DNA of 64,000 nt. Origin: a phage. The position numbers and the translations under genes are program-made. Location of the stretch: NCBI GenBank assembly GCA_018865545.1, contig GCA_018865545.1_3633.1. One strand, given 5' to 3'. Shown in pieces: positions 38,642 to 49,250 of the stretch. The notes under the pieces were generated by a model. It was not told where the DNA came from, made no database searches, and saw nothing but the letters and a program-made list of their open reading frames with translations. Position 1 is the first letter of the stretch, and every line of letters begins with the position of its first letter.

Positions 38642-40252
38642 TTAACTTGTGTAACTATATTGAACAACATAGTTAAATTCATGTGAGGCTTCATCAGCAC
38701 CTGCTTCGGGTATTACTCCAGCTAACCCAGAATTACCAGCCCCACGAAGAAGTTTCTTGATTTCCTTTGTCTCAGGGTCGATGGTATGCGTGGGAACTGT
38801 TGGTAGAATAAGCCATACAGCCACTGTAGGTTTCTCTGATCCGACAACCTTGGGGTATTCTGCATAGATATCGTAATCAAGATATGTACCATCTTCCATA
38901 CAAGGTAGTTCTCTCAAGCGAACATCTGTAATAACATTTGTGCTGCCAGCAGGCGCGCTATACAGGGTGACTGTTGTTTTCAAATATATAGAAGACCCAG
39001 ACCTCCCTACCGCTTTATCAGCCGAAGGTGTATCTCTATAATTGAAAGAAAAATTCCCAGATGTTGCTGACAACCTCATAGACGGCTGAGGGGAAAATGG
39101 GATATTAAAGCTCGCTTGTTGACTTGAATCATCTGTCATTGTAAAAGTTAGTGTAACCTGTTGTGCGTTATCAACTTCTTTCACAACAGCATTAACAGAT
39201 TTTATTGTTTGACCATCAGGTGCTTTTGGTATTCCCAAATTTAAGACCTGTGATGGTGATTGACCAGTTATTTCAATAGTAGGTTGTGATCCACTATCTA
39301 AAACAGTAACTGTGCCAGCAGACAGTGTGTAAGCATTATCAGAGATCTGCTTTTTAACAAATTCTACGTTGGCAATCTGGGTTCCTATTGCTGAGTCACT
39401 TGGTGTCGGGCTTTGTGGTGTACCAGTGAACACAGGGCCATCAAGATCTGCCTTAAGGGAGATAAGACGTTTTAGTCCTTCAACATCAACCTTCAGGTTT
39501 TCCCATCCGATGAGATAACCACTACCAGTTGTATGATAACGGTTGTACCAAAAATCCCCGTTAACACCGAAAAAGAATATCCCTTTCTCTTCGTATTGTG
39601 GACCAGAACTGTTCCGTGATGTACTAATATATTTTATTTCGATAAGTCCGTTGAATACCACTCCTGGAATTATTTTATCTTCCCCTGCCAATTGTGATAC
39701 TTGGTAAACCCCTGGTGTTGCTGCTCTAACCCATGTTAAGAACTCTGATGTTCCAGAGTTGCCACTAAAATTTTTTGTACTAGTGAGTATTGCTCCAAAA
39801 CCAAACGCACCAGGTATAGCGGCAACACCTTCTGTACGATCATAAAGCCATTCTTGTACTTTAGTAGGTGCAACATACAACCCCTCTTCACCTTCAGAAG
39901 TTAGATTTGTTAAAGTATTTCCTTCTTTAGGAGATATAGGGATATTTATTTCGGGCGCTGTTACATATAATGCCCCTTGTTTCAACTCCAACAGGTTATT
40001 TGCAGCAGGGCTAACCTTAACAGCTAACCCATTATCTCCAGCTTGGAGAGCATTATTTTCATCTTCTGCCACCACAACAACACCTTTAAGTGGTGTTGCT
40101 TTTTCACCATTACCTGAAAGTTTTATGGTCGCGGTGTCTTCTGTGTATAATTTAAAAGATTGGCTTGGGAGTCCTGATCCTCCAATACTATGCCCATCTG
40201 GAAGTATGACTTCAGCATTGACAACTTTATCCTTATAATCCATAACTACCAC
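38642..40252 (-). CDS. Tail fiber protein
   Basis: 536 aa; GPVFTGTPQSPTPSDSAIGTQIANVEFV motif shared with ORFs 17186-18940 and 40815-42065. Confidence 0.6.
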   Translation of the reverse strand: MVVMDYKDKVVNAEVILPDGHSIGGSGLPSQSFKLYTEDTATIKLSGNGEKATPLKGVVVVAEDENNALQAGDNGLAVKVSPAANNLLELKQGALYVTAPEINIPISPKEGNTLTNLTSEGEEGLYVAPTKVQEWLYDRTEGVAAIPGAFGFGAILTSTKNFSGNSGTSEFLTWVRAATPGVYQVSQLAGEDKIIPGVVFNGLIEIKYISTSRNSSGPQYEEKGIFFFGVNGDFWYNRYHTTGSGYLIGWENLKVDVEGLKRLISLKADLDGPVFTGTPQSPTPSDSAIGTQIANVEFVKKQISDNAYTLSAGTVTVLDSGSQPTIEITGQSPSQVLNLGIPKAPDGQTIKSVNAVVKEVDNAQQVTLTFTMTDDSSQQASFNIPFSPQPSMRLSATSGNFSFNYRDTPSADKAVGRSGSSIYLKTTVTLYSAPAGSTNVITDVRLRELPCMEDGTYLDYDIYAEYPKVVGSEKPTVAVWLILPTVPTHTIDPETKEIKKLLRGAGNSGLAGVIPEAGADEASHEFNYVVQYSYTS

Positions 40253-40818
40253 CCAATTTTTATCCTTTGTAATTCCTCAACCGTAGAGGCTGAAAGCACT
40301 TGATCTTTCATTTCTCGTTGCTTGATGTATATTGAATCATTCTTAGTTGCCAACTCGGAAGACATAGCCACAACAAGATTTTCAAATTCAGAGTTACTCA
40401 TCTCTACAGGTTTGTTATCAACATCTCTCCAAACCACAGCTTGTCTAGCCGAGGATGCTTTTTGTGCTAATAATACTGGATAAATACGACCAAGGGTTGC
40501 ATTATTGACATCATACCTTGCACCATTATAAGAAACAATAGCTGTAGAGCTTTCTTCCAGTTTTCTCCACTCTTTTATTTCTGATAACATCTGTTGCTTT
40601 AATGCCTCGATAAATTGAGGGTTTACTACATACGGGGCAATCTCCCCAAAATTACCAGATTGTAAGGAATCCCAAACTGCCTTTCCTGTTTCGCTACAGT
40701 CGTTGCTGGAAGCGGTGTATGGGAGATAATCAGAGAAACCCTCAAAAAGGACGAGGCAATCAACGTCACCATTAAGAAGATACTGTGGAGACTTGATAGC
40801 TTTAATATCTAGCATCAT
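40246..40818 (-). CDS. Hypothetical protein between tail fiber genes (possible fiber assembly factor)
   Basis: 190 aa ORF overlapping both neighbours by a few nt. Confidence 0.4.
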   Translation of the reverse strand: MMLDIKAIKSPQYLLNGDVDCLVLFEGFSDYLPYTASSNDCSETGKAVWDSLQSGNFGEIAPYVVNPQFIEALKQQMLSEIKEWRKLEESSTAIVSYNGARYDVNNATLGRIYPVLLAQKASSARQAVVWRDVDNKPVEMSNSEFENLVVAMSSELATKNDSIYIKQREMKDQVLSASTVEELQRIKIGW

Positions 40819-42065
40819 GCAATCCTCATAAAAAGGCCAATATAACCTGTATCAGTACCATTTCTATTGCTTGGTGAACCGGATAAGGCTATAAACGTAC
40901 CTCTCTGTGTTTCAGTACTGTGTGTAACAGAAACTGGTGTACTTTGATATGCACCTGTTGCGGAAACATTGCTATAAAGCGTTATACACCCTATGCGGGA
41001 ACCTGGGATAGTCTGACCACGAACAAGTTTTCTGTTTGAATCACTATCCGACTCGCCAAGATACACTCCTAACATTATTCCTCCAACATCAGGACTCCCC
41101 CAAGAATTGCCTACCGTAGACTGCAAAGAAGAGAATTGCCCTTTTATATTCACCCAGTCACCATTGGCAAAAATAGTCAGTAAGCGATAAAGGTACAACT
41201 CCCCATTTATGCCATAAAAATAGGCATGTTTACTATTTTTTGCTGCCTGCTCTGCATTCTCTGCTGGATATGGTGACAATACCTCAACCATACCTCTAAA
41301 AGTGATCCCTTCAATAATACGTGTACCACCTGAAGGTAAATCTTGGCGAACAAGGTAACGACCAGGTTGTGCACTTCTCAACCAAGAAACCCATTCCTCT
41401 GGCCCATTCTTCTCTTGAAAAACAACTTCTTTCTCGGCAGGGATAAACGCCCCAAAACCAAATGCCCCTGGTAAAGATACTACCCCATCGGTGGCATCAT
41501 AGATATCGTTTTGTACATCTTTTGTAGCGGCGGTTTTTATCCCCAGATAATCAAGAACCCCAGTTTTTGAGTCTTGCCCTATAATAACTCGACCAACAGC
41601 GGAGAGATTTGCCAAAGCCATTACGTTTTTGTCACTGAAATAAGCTAGTTTATTTCCAGCAGTAATCAATCCTGACAAAGATGTCAGTATTTCACTCAAT
41701 GGTTGTTTACCCGCAAGCGCGTTAGTCATGGTGGTCGCAAAGTTAGGGTCATCACCTAATGCCTTCGCCAATTCATTGAGAGTATCTAATGTTTCAGGCG
41801 CTGAGTCAGCCAATTTTGCAATTAAACCCCTCACATATTCTACATTAGCTATTTCCTTTCCAATAGCATCATCCAACGGTGTTGGTGCTTGAGGGTTCCC
41901 TGTAAATGAAGGGCTTTCTATTGGGGCTTTAGATGCAATAAGATCTGTTATATCTTCTGGAATATTCCCGCCACCCAGTTCATCAAAATTTATTTTCTTT
42001 CCTGTCTTCTGGTCAACCAATGCACGACCATAAATTAAACCACCAACACCTGTTGTTGCTGTCAT
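40815..42065 (-). CDS. Tail fiber protein
   Basis: 416 aa; SPSFTGNPQAPTPLDDAIGKEIANVEYV motif; shares ...PGAFGFGA... segment with 38642-40252. Confidence 0.6.
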   Translation of the reverse strand: MTATTGVGGLIYGRALVDQKTGKKINFDELGGGNIPEDITDLIASKAPIESPSFTGNPQAPTPLDDAIGKEIANVEYVRGLIAKLADSAPETLDTLNELAKALGDDPNFATTMTNALAGKQPLSEILTSLSGLITAGNKLAYFSDKNVMALANLSAVGRVIIGQDSKTGVLDYLGIKTAATKDVQNDIYDATDGVVSLPGAFGFGAFIPAEKEVVFQEKNGPEEWVSWLRSAQPGRYLVRQDLPSGGTRIIEGITFRGMVEVLSPYPAENAEQAAKNSKHAYFYGINGELYLYRLLTIFANGDWVNIKGQFSSLQSTVGNSWGSPDVGGIMLGVYLGESDSDSNRKLVRGQTIPGSRIGCITLYSNVSATGAYQSTPVSVTHSTETQRGTFIALSGSPSNRNGTDTGYIGLFMRIA

Positions 42066-42092
42066 TGCTTAACTCCTTGAAAAAAAAACATT

Positions 42093-42602
42093 TTAAAATG
42101 CTTCTAATTCAGATTTAAGATCAGCAATCATCTTTTCAAAGGATTTGTTCTTAGTCAGTGTAACACCTTTAGAAAGTGCAAACTCAACTAATCTATCTTT
42201 ACTACCTTTTTTATCAGCTTCATCATTCAGAGACATTGCTTCCTCTAAAATCAGGTCAATAGATAGATTTTCTTTATCATCCTTTTTATCTTGCACTTCT
42301 ACAATCTTGGCATCAACTACCTTACCCATACTATTTGGGCTAGGGATATCTTTGTTGAAGAACACGATATAAGATCCCATACGAATAGTAGAGTGCTGTG
42401 CATCAACATCAAGACCAGACATCTCAGCAAGAGCAGTGAAAAACTCAACAGTGTTTCTGAATGCTTTGTGTTGTGTTCCCACACATAAACCATTCAAAGG
42501 CAGTCTTGCAGATACCGCTGCATTCAATTGTGGTGCATATGCTCCGAAAAACTTAAACAGTTCCACTTTATTAGGGAAAATACGATAATTTTGATTTGCC
42601 AT
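42093..42602 (-). CDS. Hypothetical protein
   Basis: 169 aa ORF downstream of major capsid terminator. Confidence 0.45.
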   Translation of the reverse strand: MANQNYRIFPNKVELFKFFGAYAPQLNAAVSARLPLNGLCVGTQHKAFRNTVEFFTALAEMSGLDVDAQHSTIRMGSYIVFFNKDIPSPNSMGKVVDAKIVEVQDKKDDKENLSIDLILEEAMSLNDEADKKGSKDRLVEFALSKGVTLTKNKSFEKMIADLKSELEAF

Positions 42603-42675
42603 AAAATCTCCTTTTATTCCTTAGTAAAAACCACTTGACAACACAGGATAAGTGGCTATTATTAAGGTCAGAATG

Positions 42676-42709
42676 TGAAAAAAGGGGAGGTGATAATTCA
42701 CCTCCCCTC
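42676..42709 (-). terminator. Rho-independent terminator (minus strand) downstream of major capsid gene
   Basis: ggggaggtga-taat-tcacctcccc hairpin followed on minus strand by tttttt. Confidence 0.65.
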
Positions 42710-42733
42710 ATTAGAGGTAGCATTTAAGCTATC

Positions 42734-43747
42734 TTATGCGAAAGTACCAGTAGAACGCACAACCAGTTCAGGACGGGTGTTAACCGTCAAGAAGGAAGTT
42801 TCAGATTCAACTTTCTCTTCACGCAGATATGCAGAAGATTTGTACCACAGATACAGTTCTTCAGCTACAGTGTTTGCTTCACGAACATCATCTGCCGGAG
42901 CATAGTGGATCTGGAACATATCATCAATACCTTGCGGCAGGATGTATGCTTCACCATCTGGGATATATCCAGAGATGTCTTCAATGTAGGTTACGTTCTT
43001 ATGAACAAACATACGGTTGTTGGCATTCTCAGAACCCATACCCAGACGACGACGCAGCGGCTCTTGGGTAGAAGAATAATACTGGTATGCATTCATGATC
43101 AGCGGATGGGCGATCAGAGCAGAGAACCATTTACGAGAAGCCAGAACAATGATATTGTAGTTATTGCCGTTATCACCTGCATTGTCGATGATGTATGCAC
43201 GAGCGTCTTTCTCAATCAGATCAGACGGGTCAACAGCGACATCTGTGAAGTCGATATTGGCAGTATGCTGGGTAACTCCCCACTCAGTAAAGTAGTTGTA
43301 CTGTGCGGTCGGATCTTGTGGAGACCATGATTTACCCATGATTGCCTGAACCATTGCTTTTTCTTTCAGTTGTTCATGAGAAACGCGAATACGCTTAACT
43401 ACGCGAGCAACTACGTCTTCAACAGTTCTCGGAGCGTCCGTAGTGAAATATTTACGGAAGTTCTGAACATCTGCCGCAGTGATCTGACGATCCAGAGGGA
43501 AGAACGGAATGTTGAAGTTCTTGATTTGAGCTTTTTCACTACCCACATAGTTACGTTCTCCACCACGACGACGTGCAGGAATATCCGCAACAATTTCGTC
43601 AACACGCTCAACACGAGCAATTGTGGTTTCACCATGGTAAGCGGTGAACAGATCCATGTTGGTAATCAGGCGATACTGACGTGGAACAAGTTCCAGTGCT
43701 GCGCCAAGGTTTACGATTTGAAAGTCGTTAGTCTGTACTGCTGCCAT
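42734..43747 (-). CDS. Major capsid protein (putative, HK97-fold type)
   Basis: 337 aa; position after scaffold/protease; visibly higher GC and biased codon use; strong terminator downstream. Confidence 0.6.
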   Translation of the reverse strand: MAAVQTNDFQIVNLGAALELVPRQYRLITNMDLFTAYHGETTIARVERVDEIVADIPARRRGGERNYVGSEKAQIKNFNIPFFPLDRQITAADVQNFRKYFTTDAPRTVEDVVARVVKRIRVSHEQLKEKAMVQAIMGKSWSPQDPTAQYNYFTEWGVTQHTANIDFTDVAVDPSDLIEKDARAYIIDNAGDNGNNYNIIVLASRKWFSALIAHPLIMNAYQYYSSTQEPLRRRLGMGSENANNRMFVHKNVTYIEDISGYIPDGEAYILPQGIDDMFQIHYAPADDVREANTVAEELYLWYKSSAYLREEKVESETSFLTVNTRPELVVRSTGTFA

Positions 43748-43770
43748 TTATAAATTCTCCTTGATGCAAA

Positions 43771-44193
43771 TTAGCTGATAGCCGTTACTTTAATATCTTC
43801 AGAACCATCGTAATATTTATCGGTGATTTTCAGACCTCTTGCCTCAAGAGCTTTAATAGCAGTCTCGTCAATTCCAGTGGAACCGTCGGAGAACACAATC
43901 TTGGACTTATTCAGAGTAACGCCACGAACAGCAACAACAAAATTATATTTGGTTCCTACTTTGTACGGGGTAACTGGCTCGTAAGCAGGTACAAGATCAT
44001 GGTCAACAAGAACACCATAAGCATCCGCACCACTTCCAGAAGCGACCAGAGTACCGTCTTCTTTAACAATCATACCTGCTTTCATACCTGCTGCGTACTG
44101 AATCTCCATTTCCTTGAAGCTATAGCCTTGGTCAGAAGAATCAACTTTACCCAGTACAATGTCAGAGTAGAAACCTTGAATTGGATTAGCCAT
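43771..44193 (-). CDS. Head decoration / auxiliary capsid protein (putative)
   Basis: 140 aa ORF between scaffold and major capsid genes. Confidence 0.35.
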   Translation of the reverse strand: MANPIQGFYSDIVLGKVDSSDQGYSFKEMEIQYAAGMKAGMIVKEDGTLVASGSGADAYGVLVDHDLVPAYEPVTPYKVGTKYNFVVAVRGVTLNKSKIVFSDGSTGIDETAIKALEARGLKITDKYYDGSEDIKVTAIS

Positions 44194-44211
44194 TTATTTA
44201 ATCTCCTCGAA

Positions 44212-45213
44212 TTACGCGTTCATTGCAGCCGCTTCGCGTGCACGGGCGCGAGCTTTTTCTACGTTGGCTTTCAGAATATCTTCAGCAGACTTATTAATGT
44301 CGTCTGTAGCAGCTTCAGCACCGGAACCATGTTCAGCGGTAGCAAATTCTTTTTTCACAGTCTTAACTTCTTCTTCAAGCTCCTGAATACGAGCCTGTGC
44401 TTTTTCCAGAATAGCCACCACAGGAGCATTAGCTTTCTCGATAATAAAGTTAGCCAGTGCTTCATGATCAGAGTCAGCAGCGAAAGTGAAAGTTTTTGCT
44501 TTATTCAGAGCTTCTTTCTTTTCCACTTCAACGGCAGCTTTGATGATTTCATCAGCTTTAGCAGCTTTGGCTTCAGCTTCTTCTAATTTTTTAACCAGAT
44601 CTAGATATTCCTGAGATTTGGTCACATCAACATTATTAGACACTGAGGTCTCCTCTTTTTTCTTGGATTTATCAACTACAGGTTTTGAACCTGCTTCTTT
44701 GACGACCCCAGTCACCTGGAGATCTTTATCATCACCCTCTACGAAAGTGACTCCTAATTCTGCAACACCTTTTTCAAACAATTGTTGTAATTTTAGCAAC
44801 TCATATTGTTTAGCGAGATCTAATTCTTTACCTTCGTGAGCAGCTTTAGCAATTGTTATTGCTTGCACGCGTTCTTCAAGAAATTCTTGATGTTGTGCAT
44901 TCCACGCCACAATAAATTCATCATCAGGGTTTTGCGCCGCATCGTATTCAAGTTCAGTTTCAAAACCAAGAAGTTTTGCCAGCAGTTCTGCATCATCATG
45001 CCACATGTAGAAGAATCTACGCAGAAATTCTTCAAAGCTCATTGTAACAGTTACTTGCTGGAGGGCTTTGATAACGTCTTTAGTAAGCTGCTCAGGTTTA
45101 AGATCAGACTTCATAAGAAGTGATACTGGTCTTAAATTAGCAGAATACCCTTGAAGCTCATGACACAGTGCAATACCCTTCTCCTTAATGGCTTTGGCCT
45201 TTACAATTGTCAT
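44212..45213 (-). CDS. Scaffolding protein (putative)
   Basis: 333 aa, strongly Ala/Glu/Lys-rich coiled-coil (EEAEAKAAKADEIIKAAVEVEKKEALNKAK), upstream of capsid gene. Confidence 0.55.
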   Translation of the reverse strand: MTIVKAKAIKEKGIALCHELQGYSANLRPVSLLMKSDLKPEQLTKDVIKALQQVTVTMSFEEFLRRFFYMWHDDAELLAKLLGFETELEYDAAQNPDDEFIVAWNAQHQEFLEERVQAITIAKAAHEGKELDLAKQYELLKLQQLFEKGVAELGVTFVEGDDKDLQVTGVVKEAGSKPVVDKSKKKEETSVSNNVDVTKSQEYLDLVKKLEEAEAKAAKADEIIKAAVEVEKKEALNKAKTFTFAADSDHEALANFIIEKANAPVVAILEKAQARIQELEEEVKTVKKEFATAEHGSGAEAATDDINKSAEDILKANVEKARARAREAAAMNA

Positions 45214-45899
45214 TCGTCCTCTTCCTCTGTTTCATCTAGATAACCCAGACATTCGATACCGAAATCAACATCTGTTATTTCTCCTGTTGCTGTGTCCACA
45301 CGCCCAGAGCACTGGATGCTTAAACCACCAACAACATTTGCTTTTTTCAAATTCCACAAATCAGGATCATTATACTTAACCTTGGCTACCCATGTTCCTG
45401 CTTTAATTATCTGTTCCGTCCCAATGACCACAACATCCAGTTCTTCTTGAATCCAAGTTTTTTCAATAGTGAATGCATCAGTCTCGCTAAGATGGAATAA
45501 ATTTTCTTTCACCAAACCAGCAGCGAGTGCCTTATCGTAAGATTCTTTTGCCTTTACTATCGTTTCAGGAGACATCCACTCTCCATGGGCATCCTTGGTG
45601 TTTGGCTCATAAATAACCTCATAAGAGATCATTTGTTCCGCATCTTTTTGGATATTAACTACAGATGTTTCTTTATTAAGACTCTTTTTAAGATTTAGAG
45701 ATAAAACTCTCTCAGAAGCCTTTTCTACAGAAATTTCTGGAGAATGGCCTGAAGCAATCAGGCCATTAGCGATATTCAGTATCTTGCTCTTTTGAACAAG
45801 AGACAGATCAGATACTGATGAAGGAAGGTCTTTAATGCTTTTAAATTTCATTATTTCCCCATTAACAGTTATTTTAACATCGTTCTTTTTCTTTTGCAA
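45210..45899 (-). CDS. Prohead protease (putative)
   Basis: 229 aa ORF between portal and scaffold; acidic C-terminal tail ETEEEDE. Confidence 0.4.
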   Translation of the reverse strand: MQKKKNDVKITVNGEIMKFKSIKDLPSSVSDLSLVQKSKILNIANGLIASGHSPEISVEKASERVLSLNLKKSLNKETSVVNIQKDAEQMISYEVIYEPNTKDAHGEWMSPETIVKAKESYDKALAAGLVKENLFHLSETDAFTIEKTWIQEELDVVVIGTEQIIKAGTWVAKVKYNDPDLWNLKKANVVGGLSIQCSGRVDTATGEITDVDFGIECLGYLDETEEEDE

Positions 45900-45920
45900 G
45901 TTATTTCAGAAAGTTGAGTG

Positions 45921-47462
45921 TTAATTCTCTAAATTAGAAACAGAATTATCCCTCACTGTTGATATTTTTGATGTTCCGTTACCTGTTGACCCTGGAGTCA
46001 TCCCATCACCAGAACGACTTACATCCTGACCAAGAATTTGCAACAACTCTTCAAGGTCCATATCTTCTGGGATTTCTTCGTCAAAACCACCAACCTCAAG
46101 AATTTTATTAATAACTGTAGGTGTCTTAGGCAAGTACCCAACAGCACCGATACGCTGAACAAATTTAGAGAAGCCTTCCATATCAACTTCTTGAATAAGC
46201 CCAGGTTTTAATCTTGGCATATCTTCGTCAGACAATCTTATATCGTTCAAAGCAAGAAGTTGAGGTATTAAGTTCTTATTGAACGCCTCAACAATAATAT
46301 CAATATCTCTCTGGACAAAATGACCATGAATAGTTTGTTTTGATTCTGAAAGATTATAAGATCCTTGCCCATCGTTACCTAAGTTAATAAACCCCGCACC
46401 AAAACGATCAAGAATAGCCTTCTTACGAGAGTTAACAAGCTCTTGTGTGCTGTATTGTTTACCTGCGCCATCGATCCCTTTAAGGGACATTTCATATTGT
46501 TTACCACCTTGATTATTGAGGTCAGATGGTAAGATAAAATAGGCTTGTTCCCCAGCGTGTGCGTTTGCAGCATCTGCCATTAGTCCTTGCACCATAGCAG
46601 CTTCTGGTGATGTTGGGTCTATTGCTGCTTTATTAAGGATCTGGGAGGGTATCTTAAGTTCTATGATACCACCAAGATCTTTAGATGCTCCGATAGTCTC
46701 CAAATTTTCTATAAGGATCTTCTCTCGGAATGCCCTATAACAACCAACCAAAGGTGATACCCCAGCAGGGTTGGATTCCGTACCCCCCAAACTCATTATC
46801 ATCAACTTATTAACTGGAATAAAAACATCATCACCATTAGTCAATTTACGGATAATGTTTAAAGTATCCCCCAGCATTCCGTTTTGTAAATTGGAGAAAG
46901 CCAAACTGCTTTGGTTAATGCCCTTCAGCGTCTTACCATCGGCATCAAATACCCAAGGCTTTGATCTAGAAAGACTGCACTGTGGCCTGAATGCAATTTT
47001 ATCAATCGTAATATACCCAGCATACCTTGAAGTCTCTGGCTCAGTACGATAAACTTTTTCAAATATCGAAAACCCATACTCATTGAACGTTGCTGCGCTT
47101 CGGGCTATGTCACGTAGAGTTTGTTGGTTAGCAAGATTCTTCAGTGCATACTCCACAAACTCAGCAGCTTTCTTAGATTTTCTGCTATCTCTGTTATACA
47201 AGATTTTAAAATCATTGAAGGCTTTGGTCACAAAGACATACTTTGTATCAAGGGCTGTGGAAACTGTATGGTCTTGCTTCATAGCTTCAACAGTGGCGAT
47301 GAAATTAGGCCATCTCAACTCCTTAACTTTCATAATCTCTGATTCAGCCCTGAGTTGAGAAAGAGCACCGGAGCCTAATTCTCCGGTACGAAGACGACTA
47401 ACAGCAAGTCTCTCATTACCTGCTTTAGAAATCTCTTCTTGTTGTGCAAATCTTGTTGACAC
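45921..47462 (-). CDS. Portal protein (putative)
   Basis: 513 aa ORF immediately downstream of terminase large subunit, size typical of portals. Confidence 0.6.
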   Translation of the reverse strand: MSTRFAQQEEISKAGNERLAVSRLRTGELGSGALSQLRAESEIMKVKELRWPNFIATVEAMKQDHTVSTALDTKYVFVTKAFNDFKILYNRDSRKSKKAAEFVEYALKNLANQQTLRDIARSAATFNEYGFSIFEKVYRTEPETSRYAGYITIDKIAFRPQCSLSRSKPWVFDADGKTLKGINQSSLAFSNLQNGMLGDTLNIIRKLTNGDDVFIPVNKLMIMSLGGTESNPAGVSPLVGCYRAFREKILIENLETIGASKDLGGIIELKIPSQILNKAAIDPTSPEAAMVQGLMADAANAHAGEQAYFILPSDLNNQGGKQYEMSLKGIDGAGKQYSTQELVNSRKKAILDRFGAGFINLGNDGQGSYNLSESKQTIHGHFVQRDIDIIVEAFNKNLIPQLLALNDIRLSDEDMPRLKPGLIQEVDMEGFSKFVQRIGAVGYLPKTPTVINKILEVGGFDEEIPEDMDLEELLQILGQDVSRSGDGMTPGSTGNGTSKISTVRDNSVSNLEN

Positions 47463-47477
47463 GAATTATCCCCTCTG

Positions 47478-48263
47478 TTATATTCTTTTATACAAGGTAG
47501 GAGCTACAATTTTTGGAATAACAACAGGTTTGACTATTTCTTCTTTTTCAAGATAATTTATCCCAGAAGAAATGGCGTCGACCCAATCGTCTTTTCTTGT
47601 CGTAGTACTCCTTTCCCCATTGAACTTTTCAAGCTCTGTCATAAGGGCTTCATAAGTTTTAGGATCAAAACTATCACGAACTATTCTCACCATACCTGCT
47701 TGAGCAAGTTTTGCAAACGGTGTGAATCGTGTTAATTTTGATTTATTGCTTGGTGTAGGATCTTTTTCTACTGTAAACCCTTCCGCTATTAATTCACGGG
47801 AGCTTGTTAAAAATTCACTTATTCCTGCTTGTCCTGGGTCAACACTGAAAATTATAGTGACATCATCACCATCAAAATAAGCCTGTTTCTTAATGATAAC
47901 ATCACGTTCCCCAGCTTTTTTACAGAATCTTCCCTGCGTTTGAGTCGAATATCTACCATCATCAAAAAATTCAGGACAATAATCACCAGACAAGTAGTAA
48001 AAGCCATCATTGTCTTTACTTACCTTAACAGATGCTGTAAAGTCAGGATATCTGTTTCCAGATGTTCTTTCTGTACCTGCTTTATCATACGGGCGAACAG
48101 ATACAACACCGAGAGGTAAGCAGGGAACCTCTTTTAAATAAGATCTCTGGAAATAGTTTGCCCCTTCAGGTCTTGCGTTCCAGTTCCCATGCAACAACTG
48201 GGCTTTTTCTACCTCTGGAAGACCTTCAAGGAATGCTAGATAATCTGGGTTATTCTCCAGCAT
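47478..48263 (-). CDS. terL: Terminase large subunit, last exon (nuclease domain); true 5' edge a few codons upstream
   Basis: VTIIFSVDPGQAG and RKDDWVDAISSGINYL resemble RNase H-like nuclease motifs of large terminases; in-frame stop about 27 nt upstream of first Met marks the limit of the open frame. Confidence 0.65.
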   Translation of the reverse strand: MLENNPDYLAFLEGLPEVEKAQLLHGNWNARPEGANYFQRSYLKEVPCLPLGVVSVRPYDKAGTERTSGNRYPDFTASVKVSKDNDGFYYLSGDYCPEFFDDGRYSTQTQGRFCKKAGERDVIIKKQAYFDGDDVTIIFSVDPGQAGISEFLTSSRELIAEGFTVEKDPTPSNKSKLTRFTPFAKLAQAGMVRIVRDSFDPKTYEALMTELEKFNGERSTTTRKDDWVDAISSGINYLEKEEIVKPVVIPKIVAPTLYKRI

Positions 48264-49250
48264 GGGAGGATTATCGAATCCTTGTATTCAAGGTTGGACG
48301 CAACGCCAACCCCCGCACCACTACGTGCTGCTGCATGTCACCATGCAGAGTAGACTATATCACCACCCACACATAATGGGTGCTTCGCTTTTCGAACGCC
48401 ATTAGCTTGCGATCTACTCCCTTGCGGGATAGTCGTTGAACTACATTACCATTCATAGTTGTTTGAGATATAGATGTAAGTTTTTCTATCTTTTATTCTT
48501 CTAACAAGATTAAAACTAACACCCCATTTTTTAGATATCTTATTAATGCTTAGGATACCGTCTCTCAGATCTTCACATATCCCTATAACTTTGGATTCAC
48601 TAATTCTGTTGGAAGAAGGAACCATCCTGAAATTAAACTCTTTAGAAATGTCTGGGTAGACTCTCCCAGCTTTGATACTACTAACCACAGTCTGCCCAAT
48701 ACCAAACATCTCACTGATATCCTTTACTCTAGCACCCTGCTCAAGTAATCTGCATATCTCAAGGGCAGTGTTATCATCAAGAGGCCTGTAACTGTTTACA
48801 TAAGACTTCTTAAGCCCTATTTCATGTGCGTGATGTGTGTTTTCCTTTGCAGTTGTCCACTCAAGATTCCACGCTGCGTTATTAAGTTTGTTTCCATCTA
48901 AATGGTTCACTTGAGTTTTTGTATCAGGGCTATCATTCTCGACAAAAGCAAAAGCAATAACCCTATGGACAAGAACTTGAAACTTTTTACCATCCTCACA
49001 CAACGTTAACATTGCATAGCCAGTTTTCTTATGGACATTAGGATGTAAAAATTTGTGGGAATACAAACTATAAATTCTTCCATCATACGTCGCACAATAA
49101 TGGGAATACCCTAAAAATCCTAAATTTTTCATCTCAAACATTCTCCCTACTACAGTTTCGGAAAAGTAATTATAGCTGCTGATTGCCCTTATACAAAGGG
49201 TTTCCCAGCAATTAACGAAGTTATTCGACATGCATTACTGCATGAAGCCA
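48264..49250 (-). mobile_element. Group I intron-like insertion in terminase gene with HNH ORF (5' boundary unresolved)
   Basis: R GUUCAACGACUAUCCC (revcomp of 48426-48441) and S GAUAUAGUCUACUC (48335-48350) on minus strand; HNH ORF upstream of R; 3' segment repeated at 49606-49650. Confidence 0.5.
48446..49231 (-). CDS. HNH homing endonuclease (HNH_3/NUMOD-type), intron-encoded
   Basis: 261 aa; NLGFLGYSHYCATYDGRIYS N-terminus, LVHRVIAFAFVENDSPDTKTQVNHLDGNKLNNAAWNLEW core, HTH-like GIGQTVVSSIK. Confidence 0.75.
   Translation of the reverse strand: MSNNFVNCWETLCIRAISSYNYFSETVVGRMFEMKNLGFLGYSHYCATYDGRIYSLYSHKFLHPNVHKKTGYAMLTLCEDGKKFQVLVHRVIAFAFVENDSPDTKTQVNHLDGNKLNNAAWNLEWTTAKENTHHAHEIGLKKSYVNSYRPLDDNTALEICRLLEQGARVKDISEMFGIGQTVVSSIKAGRVYPDISKEFNFRMVPSSNRISESKVIGICEDLRDGILSINKISKKWGVSFNLVRRIKDRKTYIYISNNYEW

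Noticed and set aside
43999-45123. Several plus-strand ORFs (43999-44586, 44618-44839, 44836-45123) opposite capsid and scaffold genes
   Set aside because: Antisense to the Ala/Glu/Lys-rich scaffold gene; low-complexity translations (Phe/Ser/Leu runs) typical of shadow frames.
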